Source: Macrostomum lignano (Eukaryota). From it: a stretch of DNA of 64,000 nt. The notes beneath the pieces are model-generated. The model searched no databases. It was not told where the DNA came from and saw only the letters and a program-made list of their open reading frames with translations. Where the stretch lies: NCBI GenBank assembly GCA_002269645.1, contig NIVC01000040.1:744001-808000 (forward strand), given 5' to 3'. A program made the position numbers and the translations under genes. Of the stretch, positions 11,001 through 21,400 are shown in pieces. How positions within the stretch are numbered: position 1 is the stretch's first letter; each line of letters begins with the position of its first letter.

Positions 11001-11853
11001 GCCATCCGGGACCGGCGGTCAATTCGAAACCAGCGATGCCATCGGACTCGGTAGGAATCGAGAACGGTCGCTCAACTTCGGACAGGAGACGGGCTAGTCC
11101 GCCTCGCGACGAGAACTTAAGTGGTTAGGAACTGAACTGATTGTTGACTTGATTTACCTCACAAATTAGTTTCTGATTACCTCACTAATGTGAAGTCTAG
11201 CTCCAAATGACTAAAAATAAGGGTAATTCACGTGTGTGTGTGAGCCTCGCAGGCCAGCTCGATATTGGTTCGTAGCTTCTTACAGAGGCGCCAGGCCTCG
11301 GTTATTTATGTATCTGCTTCCCAGCTTGGGGGAAGACAACCGGCAGGCCTATGCTTGTTGGGGAGTGTGGGGTGCAGACAGACAGACTTGTGCATAGGAC
11401 TTGTGCGTGCATTGGCCGTACAGTGATGACTGTAACGGCTAGACAAAGACCGGTGCCTGGTGGGACTGAGGAGTGCGAGTACGAGCTAACCGATAGACAG
11501 ATACTACAACTAATTAGTTTCTGATTACCTCACTAATTAGGGTCTGATTACCTCACTAATTAGGGTCTGATTACCTCACTAATTAGTGTCTGATTTCCTC
11601 ACTAATTAGTGTCTGATTGCCTCACTAATTAGTGTCTGATTGCCTCACTAATTAGTGTCTGATTGCCTCACTAATTAGTGTCTGATTGCCTCACTAATTA
11701 GTGTCTAATTGCCTCACTAAATAAATTTCAGCGAGTCAGCCGAAACAGTCACGTGACCAAGTTGCCGAGCCCAAAACTGTGCAACGAACTGACGAACCTG
11801 TTCTGGAGATTTCCGTTCGACAAAAATCAAAGTACACGAACTACTTTGATTAA
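8016..11853 (+). CDS. SPATA4: Spermatogenesis-associated protein 4-like (CH-like domain), 5 exons, ~277 aa
   Basis: join(8016-8095, 8287-8535, 10317-10470, 10895-11123, 11732-11853) = 834 nt, all GT-AG and phase-consistent. Motifs LSRDVLKWLQSLDLS, DFANGYLVAEI, GTLHCK, RSTAAKALKNNL and VLEISVRQ match the family as recalled. Confidence 0.85.
9560..10275. repeat. ~20-24 bp minisatellite (gtgtcagtagagactatgag) in SPATA4 intron 2
   Basis: Tandem units visible directly. Confidence 0.9.
10505..10880. repeat. ~22 bp minisatellite (ccatctgacagaatcctctacc) in SPATA4 intron 3
   Basis: Tandem units that run into the exon 4 acceptor. Confidence 0.9.
11189..11508. mobile_element. Solo LTR (320 bp)
   Basis: TGTGAAGT...ACTACA termini; 5-bp TSD actaa at 11184-11188 and 11509-11513; interrupts a 23-bp tandem array. 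Confidence 0.75.
11514..11720. repeat. 23-bp minisatellite (cactaattagtgtctgattgcct) in SPATA4 intron 4
   Basis: Tandem units; a further unit lies left of the solo LTR at ~11160-11188. Confidence 0.9.
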
Positions 11854-12284
11854 AAATGATTAACTTTAAAAATAACAGCAGATTTTTAACTCAAATTTTG
11901 TAAGAAAGTCAAAATATTCGCAATATTTTCTGTAATTTTTTGTAGTCTGGTTTTTTTAAATTCAGTCAGTCAGTTGAAACGCGTTTTAAACTTTTTACTC
12001 CCAACTAACTCTCAACTACTGTGAGTAGCCCGTATTGACTGCATGCGTCGATTTTTGCCTTTTTAACTACCTACTGTAGATAAACGATTTTTTAAAATGT
12101 TTTAATGCGAATGTTTACGCTTAATAAAGCCAGTTTCTTGAAACCAGGCTATAATTATACAAGCAAATTCTAAAACATAACCGATCCTACTGTCAGTAGT
12201 CAATTTGCATATTGACATAACTTTCTCTTTAGATCATAGGATCGGATCGTCAGCATGCGTCTTTTGACAGTAAACACTATAGTA

Positions 12285-13110
12285 TGTGTTTATGGGTGAG
12301 GAATGTCATCTATCAATTGTGTTTATTGGTGGGGAGTGTAATCTATCAATTGTGTTTATTGGTGGGGAGTGTAATCTATCAATTGTGTTTATCGTCGAGG
12401 AATGTCATCTATCAATTGTGTTTATCGGTGAGGAATGTCAACTTTTCAATTGTGTTTATGGATGGGGAATTCGATCTATCAATTGTGTTTATCGGTGAGG
12501 AATGTCATCTAACAATTAGGTTTATGGGTGAGGAATGCAATTCATCAATTGTGTCTATCAGTGAGAATTCAATTCATCATTTGTGTCTATCAGTAAGGAA
12601 TGCAATTCATCAATTGTGTGTCTATCAGTGAGAATGCAATTCATAAATTGTGTGTCTATCAGTGAGAATGCAATTCATCAATTGTGTCTATCAGTGAGAA
12701 TTCAATTCATCAATTGTGTCTATCAGTGAGAATGCAATTCATCAATTGTGTCTATCAGTGAGAATTCAATTCATCAATTGTGTCTATCAGTGAGAATGCA
12801 ATTCATCAATTGTGTCTATCAGTGAGAATGCAATTCATCAATTGTGTGTCTATCAGTGAGAATTCAATTCATAAATTGTGTGTCTATCAGTGAGAATGCA
12901 ATTCATTAATTGTCTATCAGTGAGAATGCAATTCATTAATTGTCTATCAGTGAGAATGCAATTCATCAATTGTGTCTATCAGTGAGAATTCAATTCATCA
13001 ATTGTGTGTCTAAATCAGTGAGAATTCAATTCATCAATTGTGTGTCTATCAGTGAGAATGCAATTCATCAATTGTGTCTATCATTGAGTTCATCAATTGT
13101 GCTTATCGGT
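12285..13110. repeat. ~32-34 bp minisatellite with a sequence gradient
   Basis: Units change from gaatgtcatctatcaattgtgtttatcggtgag to gaatgcaattcatcaattgtgtctatcagtga along the array. Confidence 0.9.
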
Positions 13111-13311
13111 ATTGGAACGAGATTTTTCGAATTGTCTGCTTGATTTTAAAACTAATAGACCAGTTCTAGCCACTTAAATAAACCATGAAAACTCAGGACT
13201 CGCGGCAATGCAGTGCATGCCGAAATTAATGAATTTTATAAATGGAACTTAAATTTGATAAAACATCGCGTTTAAGCCGATCGTTTGTCGCTCCAAATAG
13301 CTGTAAGGCTG

Positions 13312-14709
13312 CTACTGGCCTTTCATGCCGCCGCCACCGCAGCTGTTCGGACTGAACTGCAGAACTCGGATGGACTCAACCAGCTCGCTATTGTCCATCT
13401 TCATCAAGTAGGCCACCGCCCCATAGTTCTTATTGTTAAAGTAACCTGGCGCCGAGAACACCGTGATGCACTGCATATTGTGCTGCACAGAGAGCCCCAT
13501 CTTCATCACCTGGTGGGCGCGGATCACCGCTTTCAATGAATTCCTACGAACAAACTGATCGGTGGCGTCTGAATTGAACTTGTAGCCGATGCCGCGGCTG
13601 CTCGCTGAGAACACTGGCTTACCTCGGCTAGTCTTCTTCTGCTGCTGGCCTTGAGCTGACTTCTGCTTCGGTTGGTCCTTGGTTGGTTTTTCAACCATCT
13701 CCGGCGTGTCCTCCATCGGGTCGCTCCAGAGCAGGTCGGTCTCCAAGTCGCGATGCGACAGCGACGAGAACGGCCGACGGATCGCGTTGACAACCCGTTT
13801 GAGATTCTCCACGCCAGGCTGCTGGCGTAATAAAACCTCCGAGATGCCGCCGTGGCAGCAGAAGAACTGCGAATCAATCAGCGCCGCGACGGGCAGGTAG
13901 TCGAACACCCGGTTGAAGATTGTGTACACGTTCAAATGGTTGAACCGATTCAAGCACTCGTTCTTGAAGCCGTAGCGCTTATTCACTTTGGCTACCTCGT
14001 GGTTGCCGCGGAGAATGTACACCCTGTCAGGATAGCGGATCTTCATCAGCAGCAGCGTGACAATGACCTCCAGGCTGCACTGGCCTCGGTCAACGTAGTC
14101 GCCAAGGAACAGCACGCTATCAGTTGGCGGGTAGCCGAGGGCGTCCAGAATGCGCAGCAGATCCCGGAACTGGCCGTGCAAATCGCCCACAATGAAAGTT
14201 GGCCTGCCAATCTCCAATAAAGCCGGCTCCCGGCGGAAATGGTCTCTAGACAGCTTGGCAACTGTGTAGCATAACTGTTCGGTGACAAATGAAGCCTTCA
14301 GGTTGCCTTGTTGGTCGAATTCGCTGTGCAAAATCTGGTGCTCAACGTCGGTGAGGTCAATATCGATCATTGACATGGGCTGGCTACAGTCGTCAAATAG
14401 AGACACCCGGTCGATCTCTTCCTGAGACGGCATGCTCAAGATGCTGTTGCGGTAGCTGACTCGCTCTGTCGGTGTCTTCCCGTCGGCTTCAAATACGCGG
14501 GGATCGAGTGCGTTGCCGATGTTGCCCGCCTTGCCCATTTTTGTCTGCTGGGCTTGCGGCATTGCTATTGGTCTATTAGTGCAGTTTTCGATATAGCCCA
14601 AACTATGAAGGCGGCTTTTCTGTGGAGTGTGTACTTTAGCCAGAAACCGGGACATAGACAGTGTAGCATCAACTGACTGACCATACCGGTGTATATATAG
14701 TTCTCGCAT
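13312..14709 (-). CDS. Intronless PP1-like (PPP family) Ser/Thr protein phosphatase, 465 aa
   Basis: GDLHGQ, GDYVDRG, RGNHE, CHGG, LLWSDP, RAHQV and FSAPGY are all present in one uninterrupted ORF. Confidence 0.93.
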   Translation of the reverse strand: MRELYIHRYGQSVDATLSMSRFLAKVHTPQKSRLHSLGYIENCTNRPIAMPQAQQTKMGKAGNIGNALDPRVFEADGKTPTERVSYRNSILSMPSQEEIDRVSLFDDCSQPMSMIDIDLTDVEHQILHSEFDQQGNLKASFVTEQLCYTVAKLSRDHFRREPALLEIGRPTFIVGDLHGQFRDLLRILDALGYPPTDSVLFLGDYVDRGQCSLEVIVTLLLMKIRYPDRVYILRGNHEVAKVNKRYGFKNECLNRFNHLNVYTIFNRVFDYLPVAALIDSQFFCCHGGISEVLLRQQPGVENLKRVVNAIRRPFSSLSHRDLETDLLWSDPMEDTPEMVEKPTKDQPKQKSAQGQQQKKTSRGKPVFSASSRGIGYKFNSDATDQFVRRNSLKAVIRAHQVMKMGLSVQHNMQCITVFSAPGYFNNKNYGAVAYLMKMDNSELVESIRVLQFSPNSCGGGGMKGQ

Positions 14710-14789
14710 CTGGCATCATATATAGTTTTGGAGCATTTGTGTTATTCAAAAAATCTTCAAATCTTTAATTCAATTGAAGATTCAAAATC

Positions 14790-15110
14790 TTCAAGCCAGT
14801 GTCTCGCAAACTTCAGTAAAACATCCTGGAAATTTCAGGTCTATCAGAAAAACATCCTGGAAATTTCAGGTCTATCAGAAAAACATCCTGGAAATTTCAG
14901 GTCTATCAGTAAAACATCCTGGAAATTTCGGGTATATCAGTAAAACATCCTGGAAATTTCAGGTCTATCAGAAAAACATCCTGGAAATTTCAGGTATATC
15001 AGTAAAACATCCTGAAATTTCGGATTCTTCAGTAAAACATCCTGGAAATTTCAGGTCTATCAGTAAAACATCCTAGAAATTTCGGATTCTTCAGTAAAAC
15101 ACCCGAAAAC
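14790..15110. repeat. ~31-32 bp minisatellite (aaaacatcctggaaatttcaggtctatcag) just upstream of the phosphatase
   Basis: Tandem units. Confidence 0.9.
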
Positions 15111-15549
15111 TTCGGATCTTGGGAATTACAAAGTATAAAATGTTAAAATTATGGATTCTTAAGATGTACAACACAGGGGGCTACATATGTACGAGGTACA
15201 GTATACATGTACATGTACGTACCATCCTCTTTTTTTCTTGCAACTTAATACAAATACTTTGAAGTGGCGAGCTCCTGACTGCACTAAACATCGATTTACA
15301 TACGTATACTGCAATAGCAAACTTGCAAGAACAGTAATATCAGTAATCATAAGATGAATGATAAAAAAGTATCAAAATTGTTGTGGGGTTCAAGACTGGC
15401 ATTTGGATGACGTCGGATATTTTACCCAGATGTTATTTAGCACAAGCAGCACAGACCTGGGAAAGCAACTCAATACTCGTACGAGCTGTTAATTATTTTA
15501 CCTTTGATGTTTAATTGTCGTTTGACATTGTTGGATGCAAATACTCAAG

Positions 15550-16215
15550 TTGGATAGATGCGGATACTAAAGGTAGTTAGATGCCGACACTCAAGGTAGT
15601 TAGATACCGATACTGAAGATGGTTAGATGCCGATACTCAAGGTAGTTAGATGCCGACACTCAAGGTAGTTAGATACCGATACTGAAGATGGTTAGATGCC
15701 GATATTCAAGGTAGTTAGATGCCGACACTCAAGGTAGTTAGATACCGATACTGACGATGGTTAGATGCCGACACTCAAGGTAGTTAGATACCGATACTGA
15801 AGATGGTTAGATGCCGACACTCAAGGTAGTTAGATGCCGACACTCAAGGTAGTTAGATACCGATACTGACGATGGTTAGATGCCGACACTCAAGGTAGTT
15901 AGATACCGATACTGAAGGTAGTTAGATGCCGACACTCAAGGTAGTTAGATGCCGACACTCAAGGTAGTTAGATACCGATACTCAAGGTAGTTAGATACCG
16001 ATACTGAAGGTAGTTAGATGCCGACACTCAAGGTAGTTAGATACCGATACTCAAGGTAGTTAGATGCCGATACTCAATGTAGTTAGATGCCGATACTCAA
16101 GATAATTAGAATACCATACTCAAGGTAGTTAGATGCAGATACTCAAGGTAGTTAGATGCAGATACTCAATGTAGTTAGATGCCGATACTCAAGGTAATTA
16201 GAATACCATACTCAA
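15550..16215. repeat. 23-bp minisatellite (caaggtagttagatgccgacact) with recurring variants
   Basis: Tandem units; three variants alternate. Confidence 0.9.
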
Positions 16216-17038
16216 TGTAGTCAACTGTTCAAAATTCGAAGCCGAGTATGGACTATTTTAGACATGACTTTATGGAAAAATAAAATAAGTTAAAGGCACA
16301 ATTGCAATAAAGTAAATAATTACGTTTTTCACTAGGCACAAAACACAAATAAAACACAAACTAAAACTTTAGGGTCAGTGAGTGTTACTGAAGCGATTTA
16401 TTTGATAATAGTTACTTGATTTAGGCTCTGCTTAGCTATCAGTATGAAAATCCCCACCCATCCCGTAAAAACGCTACCAAAGCAGTAAAAAACTCGCCTA
16501 AAAATGTGAATAAACTTAGCAGAGAAAAACAGAAAAAATTGCAGGAGCAATTAAAGAAGCAGACATAGAAGCAAGCGATAGAGTAACTAATGCGCACAAA
16601 AAAATTACCTCGTAGATATTCAATCATTGCTTTACTACTGCTTATGTTGGGGTGCACAATAATGTAAAATCTTGACTAGGCTAAAAATCGGTACATAGAA
16701 TAAATAACACAATAAATAATTGAAATATAGAACGACATAAAATTAAGCGGAGACTAAACAATATTACCTAATACCTGGCTAAGGTGCTCTACTGTCAATA
16801 TTTTACGAGCAAAATACGCAGTTACTAGAATAACTAGATTTGCCACTCGAAATAAACTCTTATATCTACTGTTTCAGTAGCAAAATTAGCCTTTTTCATC
16901 TTTATAATTTAAATGAAAAATACTTTTTTGATTTTGGCGGTTTGCAAGCAGACACTTTAAATAGCATATTTATCCTGTTTTAACGACTCCAGACAGTCCC
17001 TGACTCAAAACTGTTTGAAAAAATGATGCTAACATTTT

Positions 17039-17134
17039 TACACAATTCTTGTCCAGTGGTCAAAAGGCAGAATCAAAAGGCATTAAGCTACCGCCCCTGA
17101 TTCTGCCTTTTGACCACTGGACAAGAATTGTGTA
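17039..17134. repeat. Perfect 37-bp inverted repeat with a 22-nt loop
   Basis: 17039-17075 tacacaattcttgtccagtggtcaaaaggcagaatca is the exact reverse complement of 17098-17134. Confidence 0.95.
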
Positions 17135-17307
17135 CATTTGGTTTAGCTTTCAATCTCAATCTATAATTCTCTCTCCTACCTACTATACCTATGTATGTTG
17201 TTAAAGCCAAGTTGTAATCAATTGTTTTCAATCTTACCCTCCTTACCTGTGTACGTTGCAAAAACCAATATTTAATCAATCGCTTTCAATCTCAATTTCT
17301 CAAATCG

Positions 17308-17365
17308 TTCTAATAAAATCCTGACGATGCACCATGGCGTGCGAAACGCGTTGAAGTTGTTAGAA
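17308..17365 (+). ncRNA. Type I hammerhead ribozyme, second family
   Basis: CTGACGA (17321-27), helix II gcac/gtgc, GAAA, palindromic cgcg, TT. Helix I is ttctaataa-aa-tc / ga-ag-ttgttagaa: 11 pairs (one G-U) around a 2x2 internal loop. Confidence 0.8.
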
Positions 17366-17403
17366 ATTGCAATCATATTCAAATGTTGATATTAAGCTTT
17401 CTA

Positions 17404-17700
17404 TTTCGTCCGTTTGATTTTGCCCTCTCTCCTTACTGCTCTCTCATTGGCTGAGCTAGATTGGACCTACCCCCCCTGGCTGACTTTCGTCCGTTTGACT
17501 TTGCCCTCTCTCCTTACTGCTCTCTCATTGGCTGAGCTAGATTGGACCTACCCCCTGGCTGACTTTCGTCCGTCTGACTTTGCCCTCTCTCCTTACTGCT
17601 CTCTCATTGGCTGAGCTAGATTGGACCTACCCCCTGGCTGACTTTCGTCCGTCTGACTTTGCCCTCTCTCCTTACTGCTCTCTCATTGGCTGAGCCAGAT
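17404..17700. repeat. ~79-bp tandem repeat, ~3.7 copies
   Basis: tttcgtcc recurs at 17404, 17485, 17564 and 17643. Confidence 0.9.
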
Positions 17701-18449
17701 TGGGCCTGCCCTTCCCTTCCCCGAGGAAGGAAAAGAGGTTTTAGCTGCCACATTAAATTTATGACACTGCGCAGACAAACTACTGAAATAAGAGTAGACG
17801 CTCTACTATTTCAGGCTTAGTTGCGAGTGAAATATCTAGTTATTTTAGTGTCTGTGACAAAAATACAAAAAAGGTTAGCTTATCACGTAACTTCACTCGC
17901 GCTAACAGAGACAAGGGTGTATTAAGCTGAAGGTTAATATAACTTCCAAATAATGAGTCACTCAAAAAACGACACAACAAACAGCGTGAACGCATGATCT
18001 TCTTTATAACAATTTGTGAAAGCAATTTAGCGAAAAAAACTTAAAATTAAAAACTATTTTTGTTTAAACGAGTCATTGACTGAGGAGATTCGCGGTTATT
18101 CGTATAAAATATAAATAAGACGCTAAAATATAACATTCTTCATAAAAATACATGTCCCATACGATGTTCAGAGCCAATGCCAATCTATTCTAACAACAAA
18201 CAGAAAACAGCATAGCAAAATTACGAAACAAACTAGCCACACTGAAATGAACAAGATATATAGAAAATACTAAAATAGAAAAATTAACAGTGGATAGTAA
18301 AAAATTAGGGCTTGAATATCAATGAGCTAAAACAATTTGCAGACTAACTAGTCAAATTTAAATTGTCCATAAAAAACAATCAAAACTTTAGGTCGAATAA
18401 TTTTATTGTCTCAGTTTGTGGAACAACAGTACTGCGACAATATATTGAT

Positions 18450-21400
18450 TTATTGATTGCCGCCTTCCTTGGCCTCCGCGTCAGGCTCCTTCTCGTCTGA
18501 AAGTGGCATTTTGTTAGGGGAGCATTTTGATTGTGCGATTGACAAATCAGGTTAAGGATTAGTGAGACCCCTCACTGAAGGATTAGTGAGACACCTCACT
18601 GAAGGATTAGTGAGACACCTCATTGAAGGATTAGTGAGACACCTCACTGAAAGATTAGTGAGACACCTCACTGAAGGATTAGTGAGACCCTCACCGAAAG
18701 ATTAGTGAGACACCTCACTGAAGGATTAGTGAGACACCTCACTGAAAGATTAGTGAGACACCTCACTGAAGGATTAGTGAGACACCTCACTGAAGGATTA
18801 GTGAGACACCTCACTGAAAGATTAGTGAGACACCTCACTGAAGGATTAGTGAGACCCTCACCGAAAGATTAGTGAGACACCTCACTGAAGGATTAGTGAG
18901 ACACCTCACTGAAGGATTAGTGAGACACCTCACTGAAAGATTAGTGAGACACCTCACTGAAGGATTAGTGAGACACCTCACTGAAAGATTAGTGAGACAC
19001 CTCACTGAAGGATTAGTGAGACACCTATCTGAATTGAGAATACACTACACTGACTGACTTAGTTCTAAAATCCCATTGAATGACAGTAAAAATCGCATAA
19101 AAATCCCAAAAAATTAAAAACTCAGCTCACCGTCTCCAGCTGGCTGCATATCCGAGGTCCACAGGGTGAGATTATCCCGCAGCAGTTGCATAATTAGGGT
19201 GCTGTCCTTGTACGACTCCTCGGACAGCGTGTCCAGCTCGGCGATGGCCTCATCAAAAGCGGTCTTGGCCAGTTTGCAGGCCCGATCAGCTGAGTTGAGA
19301 ATCTCATAGTAGAACACGGAGAAGTTGAGAGCGAGGCCCAGCCTGATGGGGTGAGTTGGCTTCAACTGGGTGTTGGCAATGTCCGTGGCGGCCTTGTAGG
19401 CAGTCAGGCTGTTCTCGGCCGCCTCCTTGCGCTCGGCTCCAGTGGCGAATTCGGCCAGGTAGCGCAGGTAATCGCCCTTCATCTTGTAGTAGAACACTCG
19501 CGACTCGGCCACCGTGGCGCTAGGAATCAGGTGACTGTCCAGAACGTCAAGAATATCGTCGCAAATCTTTTTGAGCTCCTGTTCAACCTGGGTACGGAAC
19601 GTGCGAACAACATCGAGCTTTTCGCTGCCGGACTTGCTCTCCTCCTTCTGCTCGATGCTGCTCACAATGCGCCAGGAGGCTCGCCTGGCTCCGATAACAT
19701 TTTTATAAGCCACAGAGAGCAGGTTGCGCTCTTCGACTGTCAGTTCAACGTCCATGACAGCCACAGCCTTCATTGCGTCCACCATTTCTGCGTGTCATAG
19801 TGGGTTCAGCTTATTTTCAGTAAAATATTTAAAAAATCAATAGAGATCGATTTTGGTATAACCTGATCACTGATTTTCTAATTCAAATTCAAAATTTAAA
19901 GATGCATATCCTATACTAAGTCATATTCATTGCTACCATATATGCACAACCTGAATTTTACCTAACCTAGTGCAAAATTGTTTTCTGTTGTTATTTATAT
20001 CAACATTCACCAAGGTTGTATATCAGTTATTCAGAGTTTAGAAGAGTTGTGTCTCTTATTAGCTACTTTCTCTTGAATAATCTATTCTCTTCTCCCTTTG
20101 TTGTTGTTCTTTCCTGCCTGACTCTTATCTCTGTTGCTCTCTTAATCTTCTTTCTTCCTGTACTTCTCTTTTCTTCTATCTCTCTTCTCATCACAATTTT
20201 TGACCATTTCCTTTTTTCACTTTTCTGGTTTGCAGCCATGCACTAGATGTTCAATTTGGCTTTTGAAGTAAAAACATTTGCCAACCACTAACCTAATGCA
20301 TACATTGACACACATTTATATGAAGGCAAGTTTTTTCTTTGGTGCTAAGATGCAAGAAGGTAACTAAGGATAAGGATGCTATTTGCATCTCTTTTGCATA
20401 AAAAACCTAGATGCTAAGTCATTTTAAAGCTTTGGTAAGTACAATATCTAATGCATATAAATATAATTATTTAAATACAGATTAAGCCTACAACCTATTT
20501 TAAAATATGAAGAATATTTTAGGTGATTAAAACTAAAAATAAATACATGTATTTAAAACTATTTATAGGAGCTATTAGTTTAGTATATAAAAAATGAAGT
20601 TTATATATTTTAATATTCAATTTCAATATATATATCTAGTCAATATCTGTACACAGATATATACCAAATAAATTATCTTACACAAAGCTTTATATATATC
20701 AATTTAAAAACATTATTAGACTAGTAATTTTGATATTGAATTTCAATTATCCGAAGTTAAAAACTTGAAGTATTAATTATATGTTTAAATTTTTATATAT
20801 TTTTTACCTTAAATGTTTATATAATTGTTACCTTAAAAACATAGAAAGCAGTACAACTACAATATATAGATAACAATTGTGACTATACCTATTGGAATAA
20901 GTATAGAAAACCTATGGATACGCAACACAGGGTCCAAAATTATGTATGATATAGATATAATATAGAATATATTAACTTTTGCACTAAATATAGGTATAGT
21001 AATAGTATTAACGAGATGATAAGGCACTTAGCTTTAATAAAGGTCATGGTTACTCCTATTATTTACTCAAAATCACACTGCTATAACACCAAAATTTTAT
21101 GCCATGACTTAATTTTTATTTTTAAGAATTCAAAACTTTTACTAAACTTTAAAACAGCTGTTTTTTTTGCTAAAAACTGATATTCTTTTGTTTTAATTTA
21201 TGATTTTCTTGTGATTGTGTTAATATTTTTATTTTAGTTTCTGATTATTTTTAAAGAGCTTTCAATGTTGGTTGATTTTTAACTACACAATTACATTAAC
21301 CTTGAACTTGGAATTTTTAATACACTGACTGTGTGCACTTCATGTTGAACCTGAAAATTCTATACACCAAGTGTACGCCCAGATTGTCAGCAAGAGCAAA

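Noticed and set aside
16424-16567. Lys-rich open frame after an AG (ALLSYQYENPHPSRK...), a possible extra SPATA4 terminal exon that would nest the phosphatase
   Set aside because: SPATA4 already closes in frame at 11853 with the family C-terminal motif; no support for the extra junction.
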